In this document: positions 8,041 through 15,338 of the stretch, in pieces
Layout: each line of letters begins with the position of its first letter
How positions within the stretch are numbered: the stretch's first letter is position 1
Assembly (NCBI RefSeq): GCF_000698785.1
Contig: NZ_CP007536.1
Span: forward strand, 810,001 to 842,000
Reading direction: 5' to 3'
Source: Nitrososphaera viennensis EN76
GTDB taxonomy: Archaea > Thermoproteota > Nitrososphaeria > Nitrososphaerales > Nitrososphaeraceae
Length of the DNA: 32,000 nucleotides
The notes under the pieces: model-generated
Told to the model about the DNA's origin: nothing
The model's input: only the letters and a program-made list of their open reading frames with translations
Databases searched by the model: none
Made by a program: the position numbers and the translations under genes

Positions 8041-8182
8041 AGGGTCTTTGCAACCGTGCCGTCTCTGTTCCGCATTGAAGGAGGAAATCGAGCTGTGCCA
8101 AACAAGGGGCGAAGGAGAGAGGGAGACCGTGCTAAGCTTTCTGTTGAAAGGACATCAGGAGGCGTGCCATGGCTCCCAGTAA
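8027..8182 (+). CDS. candidate 51-aa Cys/His-containing protein overlapping the RHH gene end
   Basis: Manual translation MTDVKGSLQPCRLCSALKEEIELCQTRGEGERETVLSFLLKGHQEACHGSQ. The ATG lies 14 nt inside the upstream gene. CxxC...HxxxCH pattern. Confidence 0.3.
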   Translation: MTDVKGSLQPCRLCSALKEEIELCQTRGEGERETVLSFLLKGHQEACHGSQ

Positions 8183-8267
8183 TCCCGACTTGTTTTATCA
8201 GAAAGGTCCAGTTACGGCAAGTTTAGGAGAAAATATCTATAAACGGGCGCGGAGGGTTGTGTGAATA

Positions 8268-8744
8268 GTGTTCTTTAACCCCGGCATTCGCAAAATCCAG
8301 CTGTGGTCGGATGCTCGGGGGAAGGAATTTGCCGTCCGCCTTTCAAACGACCATGACTTTAAGGCAGTTTCAAATCCTGCTGCAGATTATACCAAGCTGG
8401 TTGAAGAAGCGGATTATTTTAGCGACATGGACTATGACTGGAAATACCTCTTGGAACACTGGACTGCCGTGAAAAATGGAAGTGTCAAGCTGTTGGATGA
8501 CGATGGGCATGGTGGAAAGGAGCCACACCCTGCTGCATTTGACCTGCCCGATGTGGATGATGTTTCTGCAGTCAAGAGACCCAATGTGCGAGGAGCCAAA
8601 AGAGAGAAGCCCAAACCCCTTCTGAAGTGTCGGTACTGCATGCTGTCCTACAATTCTGAAAAGGAAAGGCATGAGCACGAGGTGACTTGGCACGCTGAAA
8701 AGAGGAAAGAGAATTCGAATCAGCCCAGCTCTGCACCGAATTGA
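8268..8744 (+). CDS. C2H2 zinc-finger protein with N-terminal domain paralogous to 1014..1253
   Basis: CRYCMLSYNSEKERHEHEVTWH fits C-x2-C-x12-H-x4-H. The N-terminal 65 aa align with the 1014 product. TATA-like ATATCTATAAA lies about 25-35 nt upstream of GTG 8268. Confidence 0.7.
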   Translation: MFFNPGIRKIQLWSDARGKEFAVRLSNDHDFKAVSNPAADYTKLVEEADYFSDMDYDWKYLLEHWTAVKNGSVKLLDDDGHGGKEPHPAAFDLPDVDDVSAVKRPNVRGAKREKPKPLLKCRYCMLSYNSEKERHEHEVTWHAEKRKENSNQPSSAPN

Positions 8745-8998
8745 TATCGGCCGTCATTTTTCAGCCCCTGCGATTGAACAGCGTGCGCTCTATGCCATCA
8801 ATATTAGAGCGGCAAATGCTCTGTACTAAATGCAGAGCTCTGTTGCCCCATGGACGATAAGGAGACATTGAGATAGTAAGGCATCACAAGCCGCCAAATG
8901 TAACGGTTCATCCGGCAAACGTAGGCCTGCCAAAGTCCGACGTAGATTCACCAGCGTCCGGTTTTTACCGCTTTTAGCCGTATGATGCATTTGCCACC

Positions 8999-9133
8999 GT
9001 GGAAGAGGAGTATGTCACTGTCAGAAAGAGCAAGCTTCTGGAGCTAAAGCAAGCTATGGACGAATACAGACTTCTTCTTGAGAGGCTGAGAAATGACTTG
9101 GAGAAGATAAAGGAGATCAGGCAGGAGAACTGA
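8999..9133 (+). CDS. candidate 44-aa coiled-coil protein
   Basis: Manual translation VEEEYVTVRKSKLLELKQAMDEYRLLLERLRNDLEKIKEIRQEN. It converges on and overlaps the integrase stop by 17 nt. GTG start, weak support. Confidence 0.25.
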   Translation: MEEEYVTVRKSKLLELKQAMDEYRLLLERLRNDLEKIKEIRQEN

Positions 9134-10451
9134 CTGCCTTCGTCGTTCCGGTCAGCTCTTCCAGCATCCTGAATATCTTTTTCTGTACGTGTTCGTGCTC
9201 CTTTACCGTTCTAGTCAGTCCTTCAAGCGTGCTCTGCTCCCTGTGGGCTATTTTGATTGCCAGCTTCTCGTCAATTATGTAGCCGCACTTGGTACACCTC
9301 TTTGCCCCGGCATTCTGTTCGCCGCACCTTGGACATGTCTTGAGGACCAGCCCGTTCTTTTTCCCGCCTTCTGGAAGCAGGCCATGCTCCTTCAGAACGG
9401 CTTCTTCCAGGTCGGATTCGCTCAGATGGATGTATACGTCCATCATCTCAGTCCCCTTCTTCCAGTTGCCAAACCTCTTGAGTATCTGGTCAGGGTGCTT
9501 CCGTGCAACGTCGGTAAGCTTGGTGTGCCTCAGCAGATAGTTCCAGACCTTTTTCTTTATCCCTGCCTCAGAAGCCGCCTTCTTTACCACTTTGCGGAGG
9601 TACCCGTAGCCTATGACCTTGTCAGTAGCAAATGACCACCACAGGGGAGCGTCCAGGTTGTCCTTGAAGGGGTGCTGCTCTATCCAGTCAAGCAGCAGCC
9701 GGTACGACAGCAACAGTGGCACCGTCTTTTCGCCAGTCTTGCCTACCGTCGTTACCACGGCGACTTTGTCCTTGAAGAGCACCCCTCCAACTGTCATGTT
9801 CAAAAGCTCGCCGGGCCTGAACGCCCCTTCATAAAGGCACATCACCATGGCCCTGTCTCTGCCTGGAAACCTGCTTATCTTCGGTATCGCATCCAGCAAA
9901 GCTTCAATCTCTTCGCCTGTAAGAAGGTCCCCTGGCCTTATCTCCCTCTTTCGGCCGTTCTTGACGTACGTTTCCGGCCTTATCCACGATACTTCTGAGA
10001 CATAGTCTCTCCCATCCTTCTTTTCCCCTATCTCCCCCGCCTTGGCAAAATGAACCAGCCTCTTTAGTGCCTCTGCAAAAGCCCTGTTTGTCTTGCCAGC
10101 ATATTTATCAGATATTATGCTCCTCACGCAATCTTTGCAGTCGTCTTTGGTCGCATTTTTTAACATCATACTGCGGTTCGCAAACCATTGCATGATAATT
10201 GGTAGCCTTGCGGCATAATAGACAACCCTGCCCTTGGATAGTCCGTGGTCGCCAAGTGCGTCCAGAAACTCTGATGCAACTTTACCGTTTCCGGTTGCAT
10301 CATCATCGTCATCGTCAAACTGCTCTAGCCGCCTCTTGATAGAAAGTATCTTGGCTGTATAGTTGTATATGGAATCGCTGTCCATCCTATTATTAAAAAA
10401 GCTCTGAACAGGCTTTAAGGCAGGTATTTGATTTTGTTCATACCGCACCAT
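9117..10451 (-). CDS. int: tyrosine recombinase / integrase with C-terminal zinc ribbon
   Basis: GAFRPGELLNM (Arg), LLRHTKLTDVA (H-x-x-R box) and GNWKKGTEMMDVYIHL (catalytic Tyr). N-terminal SAM-like core-binding region. C-terminal CPRCGEQNAGAKRCTKCG. ORF track runs to 10544 across the tRNA, so the start was trimmed to ATG 10451 (ATG 10385 is an alternative). Confidence 0.9.
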   Translation of the reverse strand: MVRYEQNQIPALKPVQSFFNNRMDSDSIYNYTAKILSIKRRLEQFDDDDDDATGNGKVASEFLDALGDHGLSKGRVVYYAARLPIIMQWFANRSMMLKNATKDDCKDCVRSIISDKYAGKTNRAFAEALKRLVHFAKAGEIGEKKDGRDYVSEVSWIRPETYVKNGRKREIRPGDLLTGEEIEALLDAIPKISRFPGRDRAMVMCLYEGAFRPGELLNMTVGGVLFKDKVAVVTTVGKTGEKTVPLLLSYRLLLDWIEQHPFKDNLDAPLWWSFATDKVIGYGYLRKVVKKAASEAGIKKKVWNYLLRHTKLTDVARKHPDQILKRFGNWKKGTEMMDVYIHLSESDLEEAVLKEHGLLPEGGKKNGLVLKTCPRCGEQNAGAKRCTKCGYIIDEKLAIKIAHREQSTLEGLTRTVKEHEHVQKKIFRMLEELTGTTKAVSSPA

Positions 10452-10464
10452 ACTAAGGTAAAAG

Positions 10465-10584
10465 TGCGGGGGGTGGGATTTGAACCCACGGACCCCTGAG
10501 GGACGGGATAACCCATTCTGAGATCTTAAGTCCCGCGTCTCCAAGTTGTTTTTTTCCTATTTGGCCGGGCTCTACAACCCCCGC
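10465..10584 (-). tRNA. tRNA-Leu(UAA), class II, two introns
   Basis: Acceptor GCGGGGG/CCCCCGC, discriminator A, T-arm GTGGG-TTCAAAT-CCCAC, long variable arm TCCCTCAGGGGTCC, anticodon arm CGGGA-CTTAAGA-TCCCG. 120 nt minus a 15-nt intron at 37/38 and a 20-nt intron in the D-stem 3' strand gives 85 nt. Both junctions fit 3-nt bulge / 4-bp helix / 3-nt bulge. Confidence 0.85.
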
Positions 10585-10672
10585 GCACAGCGCAAAGATG
10601 CACCGTCAGTAATTAAATCTTGGCTGTTCCTTCGATACCTTAATCAAACCCTCATGTTTTGTTGAACGTTGA

Positions 10673-10746
10673 GCCTTGGTAGCTCAGCCTGGTAGAGCGT
10701 TACCTTGGTAAGGTAGAGGTCACGGGTCCAAATCCCGTCCAAGGCT
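10673..10746 (+). tRNA. tRNA-Thr(GGU)
   Basis: 74-nt cloverleaf folded by hand: acceptor GCCTTGG/CCAAGGC, D-arm GCTC...GAGC, anticodon loop TTGGTAA, T-arm ACGGG-TCCAAAT-CCCGT. Followed by a T6 run. Confidence 0.95.
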
Positions 10747-10773
10747 TTTTTCTCTATGTCAGAATAGGCAGGG

Positions 10774-10794
10774 GAGAGAGAGAGAGAGAGAGAG
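10774..10794. repeat. (GA)10 microsatellite
   Basis: GAGAGAGAGAGAGAGAGAGAG between tRNA-Thr and the DUF1059 gene end. Confidence 0.95.
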
Positions 10795-10847
10795 TTTTCA
10801 ACCTTGAGACTAGCGCGAAGCTCCCGGGTCGATGAATCTAAAAGTTT

Positions 10848-11051
10848 TCAGTGAATGTTTGCGCGGATTTTGCCTTTCAGTTCCTCGGTTATGTCCTCCG
10901 GCCTCATGCCGTGGTCCCTCTGTGCATGCGCCGCAGCCTGTTGCATGATTTCTTGTTCTGAATCGCCTCTTACCACAAAGTCACAGTTGAACCCGACGTC
11001 CCTGCATTTCATTTCCATGACACTTTTTACGGACGCGTTCACTTTAAGCAT
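10848..11051 (-). CDS. DUF1059 family small protein
   Basis: MKCRDVGFNCDFVVRGDSEQEIMQQAAAHAQRDHGM matches the C-R-D-x-G-x-x-C-D pattern I recall for DUF1059. Internal ATGs at 11018/11012 may be the true start. Confidence 0.8.
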   Translation of the reverse strand: MLKVNASVKSVMEMKCRDVGFNCDFVVRGDSEQEIMQQAAAHAQRDHGMRPEDITEELKGKIRANIH

Positions 11052-11738
11052 GATCTAACCTATATCCAGTGGATCAGCCAATCTAGAAGATTATAGAATG
11101 TCATTCTTGCATCATGAATTTCAATTCCTGGATCTATATCATGCATACACGCACACACGGATGCATGGCGCCTGAACACGGCGGCATTTTATGGGGGGGC
11201 GAATTTGGCTGGAAAAGTGCGGAGCAGGCCACATTGTCAAATGCAACAAGAAACGTCCAAAAGCCGTTTAGAGCAGAAGGGCGTCCCAGGATGGCCTACT
11301 CCGCAAGTACACTTGTACAAGAGTAGAATATCAGCATTATCTTGCACGGTGGTGCAAACGAGCAGATAACAACGACAACAATAGAACACAGAGAGAGATC
11401 GGAAAAATCAGTCAGGGGTCAGGACAGATCGGAACAGGTGTTGATTAGACGGAACGGAATGGACCGGCTGGAGCCTGACCCCGTCGCAGTTCTTGCGGTT
11501 TGAAGGGGCTGCAAACTCCCCTTCGAGATCTTTTCGACTTTGTCAATAATAAGAGTATAGCGTACTAAAATTATTTTAGTGCCAGGCAGGCGTCCAGGAG
11601 GATTTTGAGGGGTGTTATGTCAGACTCATTTTAATGTAAAAATGCTCCATATAACGCAGATTTTGTAGTCAGAATACTCGTTTTATATAGCGCGTTATGG
11701 TCATAGGGCGTTAATAGATTCCGGCAGTGTAATGCGTT

Positions 11739-12020
11739 GTGCTAGTCAACGGACTGATTGGCAAATTGCTGGATGCCCGTGTGGCTGAAAAACGCGCCGG
11801 CGAGATCACTTTTACAAACTCTTTTGGAGGATACATCCTCTGCAGCATAATATCCTCCTGTAATTCCGCAAAGACAAGCACGCTCCAGGGTTGGCGCGAA
11901 ATTCTGGCAGATTTTGAATCTTCCTTGGCAGATCTATCAGCAGAAGAGGTAGAAGCGACCGTAATGTTGCTAGACTATTACCTGAATCACGCCGAGCCGG
12001 CCGTTATTGACGGGCGCTAG
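11739..12020 (+). CDS. orphan small protein, tandem paralog A
   Basis: GTG start. 93 aa. Shares NGLI.KL..A.A.E....I.F...F....W R.IL......L..EE..A...LL.....DGR with B and C. Confidence 0.6.
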   Translation: MLVNGLIGKLLDARVAEKRAGEITFTNSFGGYILCSIISSCNSAKTSTLQGWREILADFESSLADLSAEEVEATVMLLDYYLNHAEPAVIDGR

Positions 12021-12227
12021 CAAGCCAAACAACATATACATACACACACATGGTTTATCTGGTTCAGCTAGTGTTTTTCTTCTATATTCAATCGACCAAT
12101 AAAGTTACGTGGTTTGCCATGCTTTTGCTTTCAATCAGGATTTAACTTCAAAAATGCTGCGCTTTTTCACTTATTGGGTATTTTTGTGGCCACATTACCT
12201 ATTAGCGTCACATGTATCATAGTTGCA

Positions 12228-12506
12228 ATGCAGATCAACGGGCTAGTGAGCAAGTTACTAAAGGTCCACGCCATCCAGATGGACAAAGAAGATATCTCAT
12301 TTAACGCCGGATTCGCGGACATCCTATTCAAAGCCGTAGGCGAGAACAACCCCAAAACGACCGAAAATTGGCGGTCAATCCTGTCTGAGTACCACCCGTT
12401 GCTTTTCAGCCTGTCAAGCGAGGAAATATCTGCCGTCCTGATGCTTTTCATTTATTCTACTGTGCACCGCAAAACCGCTGATGCAGGTGTGAGCCGCCTG
12501 GTCTAG
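12228..12506 (+). CDS. orphan small protein, tandem paralog B
   Basis: Start moved from 12114 to ATG 12228 (MQINGLVSKLL) so that the N-terminus aligns with A and C. 92 aa. Confidence 0.6.
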   Translation: MQINGLVSKLLKVHAIQMDKEDISFNAGFADILFKAVGENNPKTTENWRSILSEYHPLLFSLSSEEISAVLMLFIYSTVHRKTADAGVSRLV

Positions 12507-12648
12507 CACTAATTAATCAATATTATTACTCGCATACAAGCAGATTAGAACGATCCTATTAAGGCTTGCACTCGATGATTTATCTAGATTTTGCACCACA
12601 TATGGTTAATAATTTCCTGTGAGTCGCCATTATTGGCAATTGTTGTGG

Positions 12649-12918
12649 GTGGAAAACGGGCTGATTCAAAGGCTGATAGAGGCCCACGCCGTTGAAAGGC
12701 ACCAAAATGACATTGCATTTACGAAGTCGTTCCGAAAATTCGTAGCGCGGCAACGCGGCAAGATAACCAAGGAACAGACGCTTGAAGATTGGCGGCTCAT
12801 CCTAGGCGCTTACGACTACAGGCTGGTGAACTTGACAGCTGACGAGGCAGGGGCCACCATGGTCCTCCTGGAATTTTTTGCGGATAACGCAAAGACAGCC
12901 ATTCCAGACGGCCGCTAG
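12649..12918 (+). CDS. orphan small protein, tandem paralog C
   Basis: Start moved from 12619 to GTG 12649 (VENGLIQRLI) by alignment with A and B. Ends IPDGR, like A (VIDGR). Confidence 0.6.
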   Translation: MENGLIQRLIEAHAVERHQNDIAFTKSFRKFVARQRGKITKEQTLEDWRLILGAYDYRLVNLTADEAGATMVLLEFFADNAKTAIPDGR

Positions 12919-13138
12919 TCCATTCATGCACGCACAGATTTTGGGTGCAGCATATGATGCATATCTGTCATGCGTGCGCGTGTACAAAGGACGGCACATA
13001 ACTAGGCAAATCGCGCAGGACAAGATTCCGCCCAATGGGCTGAAAGGCGCCAAGCCGGTGACTGCAAAAGAAGCGACTGCGTCAGGATTTATCTAACCAA
13101 TTTATACGCCCGATGCGCACCGCGCGCACGTACACGCA

Positions 13139-13699
13139 ATGGCTGCTGCTACTACCCTTGCCGCGATAACTGCGCACCTTTCTGCCGCAAGATGCAGGAA
13201 ATTTCTTGCCGGCGACGGTATAACCTCGCCCGACTTTGTGCTCCTGCCGCTTTCAGGTGTGCTCGAAGGCGTGTCCATCGACGCAAGGGCCGCAAGAAAA
13301 AGCCTGCCGGCGCTCGGCGAGACGTTTAACATCGCCAAGAACCTCGATGAGTACCAGAGCAGGATATGCACGCTCGTCCCGTCGCTTGCAGACAAGAACC
13401 CTGCCAAGATGCAGCTGCAGAAATACAGGATAGGCATCATTGCAGCCTTTGCAAGGCTTGCCCCACTCGTCAGGGCAGGCGGCGTCGCAGAGTGGAACAG
13501 GCACGCAAGGCTTCTCCTTGAAGAGGCGTCAAACGCCTATGTCGCCGCGTCGACACCAGGGCAAAAGCAGTACGCGGCAAGCATGGTAGAGGCGTTTTCC
13601 TTCTTTGGCGTGCCAGAGGAGCAGGTCGACGCCGCGCTAGCCCGGATGTATGGCAGTGCCGGCTCGCACGGCCAGCTGTCTTCTTTTCAGGACAACTGA
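13139..13699 (+). CDS. hypothetical protein
   Basis: 186-aa ORF, the longest in a GC-rich stretch. Helical-looking, no motif recognised. The competing antisense ORF 13102..13440 is shorter. Confidence 0.5.
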   Translation: MAAATTLAAITAHLSAARCRKFLAGDGITSPDFVLLPLSGVLEGVSIDARAARKSLPALGETFNIAKNLDEYQSRICTLVPSLADKNPAKMQLQKYRIGIIAAFARLAPLVRAGGVAEWNRHARLLLEEASNAYVAASTPGQKQYAASMVEAFSFFGVPEEQVDAALARMYGSAGSHGQLSSFQDN

Positions 13700-13785
13700 C
13701 CAGCCAACCAACCAATCAATCAGTTTCCCACACAGATGCCTGCGGGAAAGGCTTTAAAGAGCAAGAGATACTCAAGAAAGTAGTA

Positions 13786-14574
13786 GTGTCTGCCGGAGAG
13801 ATCCAATTTGTGTATTCTGCAAAGGAAATGCCCAAGTTTGCGACCGAGCCCCATCTGGTGTGCGGCTTTCCAGGTTCGGGCTATGTCGGCAAGCTGGCAA
13901 TAGACCACCTCATACAGGAGCTCCACGCAGAGCATCTTGTCGACATCTATTCAAGCTCTTTTCCGCCGCAGGTGATGATACGCACCGACGGCACGGCAGA
14001 CCTCATGAAAAACAGCATATTTTCATGGCAGGACAAAGAGACGAGCCTGCTCCTTCTCACGGGCGACTCGCAGCCGTCAAACCCCGATTCGGAATACGCG
14101 CTTGCAGAGCAGATACTTGACTTTGGCGCGCGGCTTGGCGCAAAGCAGGTGTTCACGCTTGCGGCGTACATAACAGGCGTCTTTGTGGACAAGCCCCGCG
14201 TCTTTGGCACTGCCACCGACGCTTCCATTGTCGGCGATTTTGCGTCGCACGGCGTGTCTCTCATGGACAGCGGCAGCATCAACGGGATGAACGGCCTTGT
14301 AATCGGGATAGCGAAACTGCGCGGCATAAAGGGCACGTGCCTCTTGGGCGAGACGTCCGGCTATGTGGTTGACGCCAAGGCGTCAAAGGCGGTGCTAGAG
14401 GCGCTGCTTTCCATCATAAATGTCAACGTGGACATGTCAAACCTTGAAAAACGCGCAAAAGACACAGAGATGTTGATACAGACGATAGAGCAGCAGATGT
14501 CTGGAAGAGGCGGGCTGACCCAGGAAGGCCAGCAGCAGCCTCAAAAGCCACGCAACACGGGATACATCAGTTAG
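13786..14574 (+). CDS. PAC2 / COG1938-like proteasome-assembly-chaperone family protein
   Basis: N-terminal LVCGFPGSGYVGKLAIDHLI motif and ~260 aa size are typical of this family (memory). CTTTAAAGA lies about 30 nt upstream of GTG 13786. Confidence 0.7.
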   Translation: MSAGEIQFVYSAKEMPKFATEPHLVCGFPGSGYVGKLAIDHLIQELHAEHLVDIYSSSFPPQVMIRTDGTADLMKNSIFSWQDKETSLLLLTGDSQPSNPDSEYALAEQILDFGARLGAKQVFTLAAYITGVFVDKPRVFGTATDASIVGDFASHGVSLMDSGSINGMNGLVIGIAKLRGIKGTCLLGETSGYVVDAKASKAVLEALLSIINVNVDMSNLEKRAKDTEMLIQTIEQQMSGRGGLTQEGQQQPQKPRNTGYIS

Positions 14575-14578
14575 TTGA

Positions 14579-14866
14579 TCAGGCTTTTGTCAGCTTGCCG
14601 AACTTGCCGACGCTGATGCTGTTTTCGCCCTTGAACGTGTTGATGTAGCCGTTTTCTACCGAGATCCTGTCGCCGGCCTGGATCTTGTTGATGTCGTCGC
14701 CCCACAGTGACAGCTTTATGCTGCCGCTGTCGTCAGAGATTATGGCATCGGCCACGGTGTTTGTGCCGCCTGCCTTCAGGTTCACGGTCCTTGGCTGGCC
14801 GACAGAGTCCACCTTGGCGGTGACGCTGACGTTGCGCATACCGGCCTTCAGTTCGCTTATCTTCAT
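14579..14866 (-). CDS. single OB-fold nucleic-acid-binding protein
   Basis: 95 aa. VSVTAKV...ADAIISDDSGSIKLSLWGDD...GDRISVENGYINTFKG pattern is typical of small archaeal OB-fold/SSB-like proteins. Confidence 0.7.
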   Translation of the reverse strand: MKISELKAGMRNVSVTAKVDSVGQPRTVNLKAGGTNTVADAIISDDSGSIKLSLWGDDINKIQAGDRISVENGYINTFKGENSISVGKFGKLTKA

Positions 14867-14899
14867 GCCAGAAGGATGAGAATATTCTCGTAATAAAGG

Positions 14900-15046
14900 T
14901 TAGGTTTCAAGTTTCGTCACGACCTGCGAAAAGCCACAGTCCGTGCACACCACCTTGGTGCCTGCAACGGTCCTGTCTCGAACCTCGTGCACAGTCTTTG
15001 TGTGGCACTTTATGCAAAGCCTGTTTATTGTCTCGGGTTTTGCCAT
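14900..15046 (-). CDS. small zinc-ribbon protein
   Basis: MAKPETINRLCIKCHTKTVHEVRDRTVAGTKVVCTDCGF has a CxxC...CxxC pair. ORF track extends to 15124. ATG 15046 chosen, tandem with the OB-fold gene. Confidence 0.55.
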   Translation of the reverse strand: MAKPETINRLCIKCHTKTVHEVRDRTVAGTKVVCTDCGFSQVVTKLET

Positions 15047-15137
15047 TCTCCCATTAACGGTTGTATGTACTGCCACATTAACTTTAAGGCGCAAGCATGA
15101 AATAAGGACGGAGAGGCAGGGCACTTACCGCTTGCGT

Positions 15138-15289
15138 GGAGGGGTAGCGAAGCCCGGTCAAACGCGCAGGACTCAAGATCAATGCGCATGCATGACGACA
15201 TCAGTTACTCCCGCAACACCTACACGAGCGCGGGATGAGTGATCCCGTCCCTCAGGGGTTCGTGGGTTCGAATCCCACCCCCTCCACCA
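15138..15289 (+). tRNA. tRNA-Leu(CAA), class II, 64-nt intron at 37/38, encoded CCA
   Basis: Acceptor GGAGGGG/CCCCTCC, discriminator A then CCA, D-arm GCG-AAGCCCGGTCAAA-CGC, anticodon loop CTCAAGA, T-arm GTGGG-TTCGAAT-CCCAC. Intron 15178-15241 with BHB (CTCA/TGAG helix, bulges AGA and TGA). Mature length 85 nt. One A-C mismatch in the anticodon stem. Confidence 0.8.
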
Positions 15290-15338
15290 TGTTCTCAAAA
15301 ACAAAGGTTCAAATCCTTTTTTTGGCCTGCTCAAAAAC

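Noticed and set aside
11076-11088. Exact 13-mer AGCCAATCTAGAA repeated at 31252-31264, with related AAGCCAATCT upstream of the MCP (about 18598-18607) and AGCCAAT at about 31456. It looked like a shared motility promoter element.
   Set aside because: In 32 kb on both strands I estimate on the order of ten or more exact 13-mer coincidences by chance (about 1e9 pairs over 4^13). The orientation relative to the neighbouring genes is also inconsistent. It is worth only a genome-wide motif test.
11114-11326. 70-aa plus-strand ORF after the DUF1059 gene.
   Set aside because: The composition is odd (His/Trp/Gly-rich), I recognise no motif, and the ORF lies in a spacer full of alternating Pu-Py tracts. 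There is not enough support to call a gene.
12802-13096. Overlapping ORFs 12802..13053 (minus) and 12878..13096 (plus) downstream of paralog C.
   Set aside because: They are mutually exclusive, both overlap the end of paralog C, neither has recognisable features, and the region looks like a spacer with Pu-Py tracts.
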